Part shown: one piece after another, positions 43,131 through 52,127 of the stretch
How positions within the stretch are numbered: the stretch's first letter is position 1
Layout of the letters: each line of letters begins with the position of its first letter
Origin: an uncultured bacterium
Lineage (GTDB): Bacteria > Fidelibacterota > Marinisomatia > Marinisomatales > Marinisomataceae
NCBI GenBank assembly: GCA_943841495.1
Contig: CALSYL010000003.1
Location: 16,915 to 80,914, forward strand
DNA: 64,000 bases
Direction: 5' to 3'
Translations under genes and position numbers: made by a program
The notes under the pieces: generated by a model
Database searches by the model: none
Seen by the model: only the letters and a program-made list of their open reading frames with translations
What the model was told of the DNA's origin: nothing

Positions 43131-44050
43131 ATGTAAAACATTGTATTAAAGTTGATGATTTCAACAAGAATGAAATATTAGATTTATTTGAATTAGCAGC
43201 AGAGCTGAAAGCAAAGTATAGAAATAAAGAAAGTTATACACCATTCAAAGATCATTCAATGGCAATGATATTTGCAAAACCTTCTGCCAGAACAAGAGTA
43301 TCTTTTGAAACTGGATTTGCTTGGATGGGAGGACATGCTATTTATTTAGCACCGCAAGATATTGGTTTAGGGACTCGCGAAAGTGCTTCTGATTTAGCAC
43401 AACTTTTTAGCAGATATAACGATATGATTATGGCAAGAGTCTTTAGTCACAAAGATATGCTAGATTTTGAAAAGCATGCGACTGTTCCAGTGATCAATGG
43501 CTTAACAGATTATAATCATCCGTGTCAAATACTTACTGATATTTTTTCTATCTGGGAGAAAAAGAAGGATAATTTTGAGAATCTGAAAATTGTCTATGTT
43601 GGAGATGGTAATAATATTGTTAATTCTTGGATACGATTAGCAGCTATTCTTCCATTTGAATTTACTTGTGTATGTCCACAAGGGTTCGAACCTGACGCTG
43701 ATACAATATCTTTTGCTAGGTCTAAAGACATATCAACAATTAATATTTTACACGATCCTATTGAAGGAGTTCAAGATGCGGATGTCATATATACAGATGT
43801 ATGGGCATCAATGGGACAAAAAGAAGAAATTGAAGAAAGAATAAAAATATTTTCTCCATTACAAGTAAACGAAGAACTTATAAATCATGCTAAAGATGAT
43901 TATATGTTTATGCATTGTCTTCCAGCTGAAAGAGGTAGAGAGGTGACTGATGGAGTTATCGATTCAGAAAATTCTATTGTTTTTGAACAGGCAGAAAATA
44001 GATTGCACACTCAAAACGCAATAATGGTATCATTAGCAGATAAAGCATAA
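43127..44050 (+). CDS. argF: Ornithine carbamoyltransferase
   Basis: FAKPSARTRVSF, HPCQ, GDGNN, TDVWASMG, HCLP. Confidence 0.92.
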   Translation: MNVKHCIKVDDFNKNEILDLFELAAELKAKYRNKESYTPFKDHSMAMIFAKPSARTRVSFETGFAWMGGHAIYLAPQDIGLGTRESASDLAQLFSRYNDMIMARVFSHKDMLDFEKHATVPVINGLTDYNHPCQILTDIFSIWEKKKDNFENLKIVYVGDGNNIVNSWIRLAAILPFEFTCVCPQGFEPDADTISFARSKDISTINILHDPIEGVQDADVIYTDVWASMGQKEEIEERIKIFSPLQVNEELINHAKDDYMFMHCLPAERGREVTDGVIDSENSIVFEQAENRLHTQNAIMVSLADKA

Positions 44051-44051
44051 A

Positions 44052-44783
44052 TCAAATACTATTAACTGTTACTGACTGTCCATCATATTTGATGTAATTA
44101 AACTTATTTTCTGAGCAATCATCAATAATAATTAACTCCTTGTTATTTTCCGAATAATGAAAAGAATGATGATAATGCCCCATAATTACTAAATCTGCCC
44201 CTTTATCCCACTCTTTTCTAGAAAATTGAATCAATTCATTATGAATTTTTTCCAGTAATGCATTATTAACTTGATGAGAATCTTTCCTTTCGTATGATAT
44301 TTTTTTTGCAATCGATAATGCAAGAGATTTAGGAAGCATTGAGTAGAAAAAATTAAATATTCTACTTCTTAAAATTGTTTTTAATAATCGATAGCCTTTG
44401 TCCCATGATAGTATCCCGTCTCCATGAGTCACATATATTTTTTTGGCACCAATCGATATAGTTTGATCAACAAGAAATGACTTGGTAGTATAAGAGCGAA
44501 ATTTATCTCCTATCCAATAATCATGGTTGCCAGCCATAAAGTAAATTTCAAAACCTGTTTTTTTGATTTTATCAAGCATTGAAAAAATATCATCAAAATA
44601 ATCAGGATTATTTTTTTTGTACTCAAAGTAGTAATCGAAGAAATCCCCCATTATAAAAATACTTCCTTTATTTTCTTCTAGAGAATTAATGAATTCTTCA
44701 AGTTTTTTAATTTTCTTATCATTTGATAAAGATGGAGTAGGGGAAAAATGATTATCTCCAAAAAAATAAATAGGTAATTGCAT
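44052..44783 (-). CDS. lpxH: UDP-2,3-diacylglucosamine diphosphatase (LpxH-like metallophosphoesterase)
   Basis: GDNHF, GDFFDY, GNHDYW, THGD, GHYH. Confidence 0.75.
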   Translation of the reverse strand: MQLPIYFFGDNHFSPTPSLSNDKKIKKLEEFINSLEENKGSIFIMGDFFDYYFEYKKNNPDYFDDIFSMLDKIKKTGFEIYFMAGNHDYWIGDKFRSYTTKSFLVDQTISIGAKKIYVTHGDGILSWDKGYRLLKTILRSRIFNFFYSMLPKSLALSIAKKISYERKDSHQVNNALLEKIHNELIQFSRKEWDKGADLVIMGHYHHSFHYSENNKELIIIDDCSENKFNYIKYDGQSVTVNSI

Positions 44784-44932
44784 GGAAAAACTTAATCTTT
44801 TATGAAAATTGCATCAATGAATTAATATTATATATTTTTTTTAAGGGTAATTATTCATTCTTTGATAGTAAAAATTAATTCCATTCTTTAAATTAATTGA
44901 AACTTTACCAATTTTTTAACTTATAAAATCAT

Positions 44933-47900
44933 ATGAAAGCCATATTAATTCTAATATTATTTGTAAATCAATTATTTGCCCAAAGTTTTGGGCAAAATAA
45001 AGTTCAGTATGACACTTTTGATTGGGAATATGTTGTTAGTCCAAATACTAATGTGTATTACTACGGAGATAATTATGATTTAGCTATATTTACTTCTAAG
45101 GTTGCTGAGAAATCTTTGGAGCAAATTGGTAAACATCTTCGCTGGAGTAGCAATAAGCCAATTAAAATTATTGTATACACATCTCATAATGATTTTCAGC
45201 AGACTAATGTAGTTAATGTTTATATGTCTGAAGGTGTTGGTGGAGTTACAGAATTATATAAGAATAGGATTGTAATCCCCTTTGAAGGGTCATATGCTCA
45301 ATTTGAGCACGTAATTCACCATGAATTAGTTCATGCTGCGATAAACGAATTAGTTTACGGAGGAAATGCTCAAGGTCTTATAAGTGGTAGAATATTGCTA
45401 CAAGTACCTTTGTGGGCGAATGAAGGATTAGCAGAATTTTTATCAGTTGACTGGGACTCTAATTCAGATATGGTACTGAGAGACCTAGCTATTGAAGAGA
45501 GATTACCATCGATTCCGGAATTAAATTATTCTATTCTTGCCTATAAAGGCGGACAATCAGTTTGGCAATATATTACTCAAAAATATGGTCGAGAAAAAGT
45601 TGGAGAAATATTTCAGCAAATGAGAAGAACACAAAACGCAGAAAGAGGTTTTGAAAGTGCATTAGGGGTAGATTTTGAAAAATTAACAGATGACTGGCAC
45701 GATTTTTTAAAAAGAGAATATTGGCCTGACCTAGTGAACAGAGAAAATTTTGACGATTTTTCAACAAAAATCACTGATAGGTCAAAAACGAGAAATTTTT
45801 ATAATGTAAGCCCTTCGTTTTCTCCAGATGGGAATACAGTAGCATATTTTACAGATCAGAGTGGTTATATGGATTTAATTTTGTATGAAGTTGGTTCAGA
45901 AAAACAGAAAAAGAGATTGATCAGAGGAAACACATCTCCAGACTTTGAAGAATTAAAGTGGTTACAACCAGGAATCTCTTGGTCTCCAGATGGCGATTTT
46001 ATATCGTTTGCCTCTAAAAGTGGAGAGCAAGACTCAATTATTATTGTAAATGTAAAGTCCGGAAAGTATAAAAAGATTCCCATAGACTTAGACGGAGTTT
46101 TTACTACTTCATGGCATCCATATGAAAACCAAATTGCATTTATGGGACACAAGGATGATTCGAGTGATATATATGTAATTGATTTAGATAGTAATGCGAT
46201 AAGAAATATAACAAATGATATATTTTCTGAAGCTTCTCCAAGCTGGTCACCGGATGGATCTAAAATATATTTTACCTCTGATAGAGGAGTTAATTCTAAG
46301 GTTGATGCAATGTTTGATGTTGATTTTTCACAAACTGATATTTTTGAATATGACTTTGGTAATGCTAAAATATCCCAAATTACTAATACAGATGTAAATG
46401 AAAATTATCCTGTAGGAAATGCTGATGGTGATTTATTCTATACTTCAGACTATAATGGAATAACTAATATTTTTAAACATAATCTTTCTAGTAATGATTC
46501 ATTTCCAATTACAAATGTTGTTACGGGAGTTCAGCAAATAGATATAGATAAAAATAATAATTTAGTTTTTTCAGGCTTTAAAGAAAGAGGATGGGACTTG
46601 TACTTAATGAGTAACGCAAATCAAGTTTCAAGAAAAGAAGTTAAGGAAACAAAATTCTATGCAGAAAAAGGCTTAAGTAATGATTTTGAAGATTTAAGAT
46701 CTTTAAAGAAAAATCAGAAAGTTGCTACTCAGCAAAACTATTCAACGTACATCTTTGCAAGAAATTATAAATACAAAAATTCAGAAGACAAAGAAACCGA
46801 GGAGACAGAAATTGATTCTTTGAGATTCAAAGATGAGTTTATTGCGAGAAAATATCAAACTGAATTTTCAGTAGACTATATTTCCACTTCAGCAACAATT
46901 GATAATCTTTTTGGAACAAGAGGGGTTGCCAATTTAGCATGGAGCGATGTAATGGGAGATCATCGTATTAATATTGGAACAAACCTTGTGCTAGATTTAG
47001 ATAATAGTGATTTTGTTGTTCAGTACGCATATTTAAAGAATCGTACTAATTATTATACAACCTTATTTCAACAGGCAAACACTTTTTCATTAGGATATAA
47101 TTTAAGCTATGATTTTATAGGACAGTTGAGAGACTATGGAATTGGGTTCTTTGGGCAATATCCTTTTTCAAAATTTTCAAGGTTAGATTTTGGAGCCACA
47201 CTTAGATCGGTAAATTATACAATAAAACAATTTGATATTTTTACATATCAAACTACTACCAATTATGAAGAAAATTTAAAAGCCTTAGTACCATTAACTA
47301 GTTTTGTATATGATAATACTACAAATGGATATACTGGTCCTGTAGATGGATTTAAGCAATATCTAACATTTCAATTTAGTCCTGACATTGGTAGTAACTC
47401 TGTTCCTTTCCAGACATTGAAATTAGATATGAGAAAATACTTTAAATTAAGTCGAAATTATAGCATTGCAGCACGATTAATGCTTGGTAAGAGCGTGGGG
47501 GATAAACCACAAAAATTCTTTTTAGGAGGGAATTCTCAAATGATGATATTCTCCGATACTCAAACCGAAGGAAGAGATGATTCTGGATTTTATGCTCAAA
47601 GAGTTTTGGATTATGAAAATACAAGTATTTTAGAGGATGTTTATTTTAGTGAATATGTTTTTCCGTTAAGAGGTGCAAGATATAGAGAAAGAGTTGGTGA
47701 AAATGTTGCTGTAGCTAATTTTGAATTTAGATTCCCATTTGTAAACTATGTTGATGTTAGTTTTCCTGCTAGAATAAGATTTGGAAATATTTTTGGGCAT
47801 TTATTTTTAGATGTTGGAGCTGCATGGGATTCTTCTGATGAATTTGATAATAGCGAACTTGTTAGAAGTAAGTATGGATTAACTGACCCTAAAGCTTCTC

Positions 47901-48040
47901 CCGTGTTGACCACTTTTGGATTTGGTACTAAAATCTTTACTCCTTTTGCATTAATTAGAATTGATACAGCATGGGATAAATATCCAAGCGGAGGGTACTC
48001 TAAACCTCAATATATTATTTCCTTTGGTTATGATTGGTAA
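44933..48040 (+). CDS. Omp85/BamA-family outer-membrane protein with N-terminal zincin peptidase domain and PD40/TolB-like beta-propeller
   Basis: Signal peptide; HHELVH + NEGLAE; repeats SPSFSPDG, SWSPDG, SWHPYEN, PSWSPDG; barrel C-terminus with EFRFP, FLDVGAAW, terminal YIISFGYDW. Confidence 0.85.
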   Translation: MKAILILILFVNQLFAQSFGQNKVQYDTFDWEYVVSPNTNVYYYGDNYDLAIFTSKVAEKSLEQIGKHLRWSSNKPIKIIVYTSHNDFQQTNVVNVYMSEGVGGVTELYKNRIVIPFEGSYAQFEHVIHHELVHAAINELVYGGNAQGLISGRILLQVPLWANEGLAEFLSVDWDSNSDMVLRDLAIEERLPSIPELNYSILAYKGGQSVWQYITQKYGREKVGEIFQQMRRTQNAERGFESALGVDFEKLTDDWHDFLKREYWPDLVNRENFDDFSTKITDRSKTRNFYNVSPSFSPDGNTVAYFTDQSGYMDLILYEVGSEKQKKRLIRGNTSPDFEELKWLQPGISWSPDGDFISFASKSGEQDSIIIVNVKSGKYKKIPIDLDGVFTTSWHPYENQIAFMGHKDDSSDIYVIDLDSNAIRNITNDIFSEASPSWSPDGSKIYFTSDRGVNSKVDAMFDVDFSQTDIFEYDFGNAKISQITNTDVNENYPVGNADGDLFYTSDYNGITNIFKHNLSSNDSFPITNVVTGVQQIDIDKNNNLVFSGFKERGWDLYLMSNANQVSRKEVKETKFYAEKGLSNDFEDLRSLKKNQKVATQQNYSTYIFARNYKYKNSEDKETEETEIDSLRFKDEFIARKYQTEFSVDYISTSATIDNLFGTRGVANLAWSDVMGDHRINIGTNLVLDLDNSDFVVQYAYLKNRTNYYTTLFQQANTFSLGYNLSYDFIGQLRDYGIGFFGQYPFSKFSRLDFGATLRSVNYTIKQFDIFTYQTTTNYEENLKALVPLTSFVYDNTTNGYTGPVDGFKQYLTFQFSPDIGSNSVPFQTLKLDMRKYFKLSRNYSIAARLMLGKSVGDKPQKFFLGGNSQMMIFSDTQTEGRDDSGFYAQRVLDYENTSILEDVYFSEYVFPLRGARYRERVGENVAVANFEFRFPFVNYVDVSFPARIRFGNIFGHLFLDVGAAWDSSDEFDNSELVRSKYGLTDPKASPVLTTFGFGTKIFTPFALIRIDTAWDKYPSGGYSKPQYIISFGYDW

Positions 48041-48046
48041 CCAAGA

Positions 48047-49168
48047 TTGAAATTCACTGTTTTATCGGAAGACGGTCACTCGTTAGCACGAACTGGTAAA
48101 ATTGAAACTGATCATTCTGTTATCGAAACACCTGTTTTTATGCCTGTTGGCACTCATGGAGTAGTAAAATCACTTTCACCTAATGATCTCCACAATCTTG
48201 AAGTAGAGATGATGTTATCAAATACCTATCATCTATATTTAAGACCTGGAACAGAAATCATTCATGAAAATGGAGGCCTTCATCAATTTTTAAACTGGAA
48301 TAAAAGTATTTTAACAGATAGTGGCGGCTATCAAGTATTTTCCTTAAGTAATATGAATAAAATTACTGACACAGGAGTTAATTTTCGTTCACATTTAGAT
48401 GGAAGTGAACATTTTTTTACTCCAGAAAAATCTATGGAAGTTCAAAGGCAGCTTGGTTCAGATATTATCATGGCATTTGATTACTGTCCACCTGCAGACT
48501 GTTCAAAAAAAGAACTTAAGAGAGCTTCAAGGCTTACTGAAGACTGGACCAGACAAGCTTTTGAGTATATTGAAAGTAAATCTAATGTATATGGACATAG
48601 CCAGACAATGTTTCCAATTATACAGGGCGGAATTGATCCATCTGAAAGAATGAAATGCTTAGAGCAAATGCTTCCATTTGCAAAGTGTGGAATTGCTATT
48701 GGAGGACTTTCAGTTGGAGAAAAAAAAGAGCCTATGCTAGACATTGTAGAACTATTAGGAAAAAATATGCCAACAGAACAACCAAGATATTTGATGGGAG
48801 TTGGAAAACCGACCGATTTAGTAAAAGCTATTTTAAGAGGGATAGATATGTTTGACTGTGTATTACCTGCCAGAAATGCAAGAAACGGACAACTTTTTAC
48901 GCATGATGGAGTTATTAATATAACGAATAATAAATATGCACATGATACTTCTCCAATTGATCAACATAGTTCAATTGAGTTTGCAACACAATTTTCAAAA
49001 TCATACTTACGTCACTTGTTTAAAGTAAATGAAATGTTTGGATTGAGAATTGCTACTCTTACAAATATTGCATACTACTTTGATTTGATTAAAGAAATTA
49101 AAAATGAAATTAATAATAATACTTTTGTAAAATGGTCTGAACAATATTTACAAAGATATGATAAATAA
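48047..49168 (+). CDS. tgt: tRNA-guanine transglycosylase
   Basis: TPVFMPVGT, SNTYHL, TDSGGYQVFSL, GGLSVGE, YLMGVG, DMFDCVLP. Confidence 0.97.
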   Translation: MKFTVLSEDGHSLARTGKIETDHSVIETPVFMPVGTHGVVKSLSPNDLHNLEVEMMLSNTYHLYLRPGTEIIHENGGLHQFLNWNKSILTDSGGYQVFSLSNMNKITDTGVNFRSHLDGSEHFFTPEKSMEVQRQLGSDIIMAFDYCPPADCSKKELKRASRLTEDWTRQAFEYIESKSNVYGHSQTMFPIIQGGIDPSERMKCLEQMLPFAKCGIAIGGLSVGEKKEPMLDIVELLGKNMPTEQPRYLMGVGKPTDLVKAILRGIDMFDCVLPARNARNGQLFTHDGVINITNNKYAHDTSPIDQHSSIEFATQFSKSYLRHLFKVNEMFGLRIATLTNIAYYFDLIKEIKNEINNNTFVKWSEQYLQRYDK

Positions 49169-49171
49169 AAA

Positions 49172-49631
49172 ATGTTAAAAGTTGGCCAAAAAGCTCCATT
49201 ATTTGTTTTAAAAAATCAAAATGATAAAGATATCTCTTTAGCAAATTTAATAGGCTCAAAAGTATTCATTTGGTTTTTTCCAAGGGCAAGTACTAGCGGG
49301 TGTACGAAAGAGGGCATCGGATTAAATGATCAAATAAACGTATTTAAGAAAAAAAATATTTCAATTATCGGAATAAGCAAAGATTCAGTAAAAGCACAAA
49401 AAAACTTTTGTTCTAAAAATAGTTTTAAGTTTGATATTCTATCAGATGTAGAATTGAAAGTTCTTAAAGCATATAAAGCATGGGGATTAAAAAAAATGTA
49501 TGGAAAAGAATACGAAGGTATTCTTAGAATATCATACCTGAGTTGATGAAAAAGGAAATATTGAAAAAACATTTGATAAAGTTAAAACTGCTACACATGC
49601 CACAGACGTTCTTGAGTCACTTAATGCGTAA
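49172..49631 (+). CDS. bcp: Peroxiredoxin Bcp/PrxQ; one frameshift near 49540
   Basis: FFPRASTSGCTKE (PxxxTxxC); shifted frame continues VDEKGNIEKTFDKVKTATHATDVLESLNA-stop at 49631. Confidence 0.9.
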
Positions 49632-50658
49632 TATCTATTTATTATCTATTATTTTTTTATGTTCTTGTGCATCAGTCATGTCTCCTTCTGGCGGCGATGA
49701 AGACTCAATGCCCCCTGTATTAAAAAAAACATTGCCAAGCGATTTAACTAATTTATCATCTGAACAAAATATAACCCTTTTTTTTAATGAGTACATTCAG
49801 GAGCAGTCTTTAAAAAAAGCAATTCAAATTTTCCCAAGCATAAATGAAAAAATTCAATATGAATATAAAGGGGATAGAATAATTGTAACGCTTCCAAGCG
49901 GTCTTGATAACAAAAAAACCTATATTATGACTTTAAACTCAAATTTTTCAGATGAACATAATGTCAAGCTCAAAGAGGATATAGTAATTCCATTTAGCTT
50001 ATCAAGTTTAATAAATGATGGTAAGATTAGTGGAGAAATATATGGTTCATTTACTAAACCATCTATTTTGTTGTGGAAAGGTAAGATTAACAAAGAAGAA
50101 ATGTTAAGCATTGAGCCAGATTATATACTATCAGGATCAAACACTTACAATTTTGATTTTTTACCATATGATGATTATACTATTCTAGCTGTAGATAAAT
50201 ATAATAGAAGACTAAACTTGAATGAGAATATTGTATCTTTTAGTTCCTTGTCTCATATATCAATTAAAAAAAATATCATAGGTAAAGCAAATTTCTTTTT
50301 TAATGAAAAATTTATTGAGGAAGATTCAGATAGTCTTGAAACAGAAAAAATTGATAACGCTGGCAATGCAGTGTTACTAGGAAAAGTGAGTGGGAATTTT
50401 ATATTACCAACAATTGTAAGCATTAGTAATGGAGCTCATTCATTTTCAGCTAATGTTGGTATCAATGGGGAATTTAGTATTGTTAATGCTGTTGAAGGAG
50501 ACTATCAGTTAGTAGCTTTTCAAGATAGAAATAATAACCAGATTCTTGATACAGGATCTTTTATAGACAATGTATTTTCAGAAAAATTTTCAGTATATCC
50601 AGATACGTTGAGTTTAAGATCAAATTGGGAAATAGAAATAGCAGATTGGAGATTATAA
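49624..50658 (+). CDS. Lipoprotein with Ig-like (Big_5) domain
   Basis: ATG 49624, lipobox FLCSC, CASVMSPSGGDEDSMPP, LFFNEYI, AFQDRNNN. Confidence 0.7.
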   Translation: MRNIYLLSIIFLCSCASVMSPSGGDEDSMPPVLKKTLPSDLTNLSSEQNITLFFNEYIQEQSLKKAIQIFPSINEKIQYEYKGDRIIVTLPSGLDNKKTYIMTLNSNFSDEHNVKLKEDIVIPFSLSSLINDGKISGEIYGSFTKPSILLWKGKINKEEMLSIEPDYILSGSNTYNFDFLPYDDYTILAVDKYNRRLNLNENIVSFSSLSHISIKKNIIGKANFFFNEKFIEEDSDSLETEKIDNAGNAVLLGKVSGNFILPTIVSISNGAHSFSANVGINGEFSIVNAVEGDYQLVAFQDRNNNQILDTGSFIDNVFSEKFSVYPDTLSLRSNWEIEIADWRL

Positions 50659-51072
50659 ATGAATAAAAAATTAACAACGGTAGCTGTGAGTGGGTATTTT
50701 GATCCAATACATGTAGGTCATCTTGAATACCTGCAATTAGCAAAAAAATTAGGAGATAAGTTGATAGTTATTATTAATAATAATTTTCAAGCAAAACTAA
50801 AAAAAGGCTCAACATTTATGGATGAAAAAGATAGAATGGAAATAGTTGCAGCCTTAAGATGTGTGGATGAGGTTTTTTTAAGCATTGATGAAGATAAAAG
50901 TGTTTGTAAAAGCTTAGAATATATAAAGCCAGATATATTTGCAAATGGAGGGGATAGATCTTTAGAAGAAATACCTGAAACTGCTGTAATGGAAAAATAT
51001 AATATTAAAATGGTAGATGGTTTAGGGTTAAAAATAAGAAGTAGTAGCGATTTAACTGGACTAGGGAAATGA
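50659..51072 (+). CDS. Cytidylyl/adenylyltransferase family protein
   Basis: SGYFDPIHVGH, FANGGDR, KIRSSS. Confidence 0.85.
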   Translation: MNKKLTTVAVSGYFDPIHVGHLEYLQLAKKLGDKLIVIINNNFQAKLKKGSTFMDEKDRMEIVAALRCVDEVFLSIDEDKSVCKSLEYIKPDIFANGGDRSLEEIPETAVMEKYNIKMVDGLGLKIRSSSDLTGLGK

Positions 51073-51353
51073 AAAGAAAAATTGATAAGAAGAAAACCCA
51101 ATTGCTTGAAGACTTTTTATCGCTAGGTGAAAAGTGTAATATTAAAATTATCCATGATAAAGGAGATTTTAACGGGGACAACTGTTTGCTTTTTGCCAAT
51201 AATACCATTGTAATCAATAAACACAAACCATTAGATCAACGATTACATGTTTTGGCAAAGTGTTTTAGTCAAATTAATCTTGATAATGTTTATATTAAGC
51301 CTGTATTAAGGGATTTAATAGAACAAGTAAAAGCAGATAAAGTATATGAGTAA
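51069..51353 (+). CDS. Conserved hypothetical protein
   Basis: Operonic overlap at both ends; IIHDKGDFNGDNCLL..IVINK..YIKPVLRD. Confidence 0.6.
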   Translation: MKRKIDKKKTQLLEDFLSLGEKCNIKIIHDKGDFNGDNCLLFANNTIVINKHKPLDQRLHVLAKCFSQINLDNVYIKPVLRDLIEQVKADKVYE

Positions 51354-51843
51354 TCAAAAGCATTTATGGGCTCCATGGAAGATGGATTACCTTGAAAATA
51401 AAAAAGGAGATTCCCAGAAAATATTTTTAGATAAAGCAAACGAATCGAACGATAGAGAAAATTTGATATTGCATCGTTCTAATTATTGTTATGTTATTAT
51501 GAATTATTATCCGTACAATAATGGACACTTAATGGTTGTTCCTTATAATGAAGTAGATAGATTTGAAGATTTAGAAGATGCAACATTGACTGAAATTATT
51601 ACCTTATCAAAAAAAATTATGAAAATATTAAGATCAAATTTCAACTGCGATGGTTTTAACTTTGGAGCTAATATTGGAGAAGGTTCTGGAGCTTCCATTC
51701 AATCGCATTTACATTTTCATATTGTTCCTAGATGGAAATCAGATACATCATTTATGCCAGTAATTGGAAATACCAAAGTAATGCCACAAACCTTGGATGA
51801 TACATATCAGCAATTATCAACTTTATTTAAGGAAAACTTATAA
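51346..51843 (+). CDS. HIT family hydrolase (Ap4A phosphorylase/hydrolase-like)
   Basis: LWAPWKMDY, YPYNNGHLMVVP, HLHFHIVPRW. Confidence 0.92.
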   Translation: MSNQKHLWAPWKMDYLENKKGDSQKIFLDKANESNDRENLILHRSNYCYVIMNYYPYNNGHLMVVPYNEVDRFEDLEDATLTEIITLSKKIMKILRSNFNCDGFNFGANIGEGSGASIQSHLHFHIVPRWKSDTSFMPVIGNTKVMPQTLDDTYQQLSTLFKENL

Positions 51844-52127
51844 TGGATTTATTTTCACATTCCTGGCTTCCTTTTATATATCAATATGGTTTCGGAGTAT
51901 TAATCTTTGGTGGTGGACTATTTGCAGTATTTAAAGCATATGGGGGTCAACAATTTTGGAATGAGTACAAGATTTGGATTCAAATTCTTGTATGGGGTTT
52001 CATTTATGTTACTTCTATTCATTTGCTTATGACTGTTTCTGCTCTTAATGATTTTCCTCAATTATATTTTGTTATTTTATTGATGTATGTATTTAATGTC
52101 ATGTTATTAACAAGGAAACTTTCATGA
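51843..52127 (+). CDS. Small membrane protein coupled to the downstream symporter
   Basis: Three hydrophobic stretches; overlaps HIT stop and symporter start. Confidence 0.65.
   Translation: MDLFSHSWLPFIYQYGFGVLIFGGGLFAVFKAYGGQQFWNEYKIWIQILVWGFIYVTSIHLLMTVSALNDFPQLYFVILLMYVFNVMLLTRKLS

Noticed and set aside
49543-49623. N-terminal extension of the Ig-like lipoprotein in the ORF track
   Set aside because: It is the out-of-frame tail of bcp; the lipoprotein signal begins at ATG 49624.
49172-49631. Possible selenocysteine or 1-Cys peroxiredoxin
   Set aside because: The peroxidatic codon is TGT (Cys), and a second Cys in KNFCSK fits the known helix-3 resolving type; the break at ~49540 is a simple indel.
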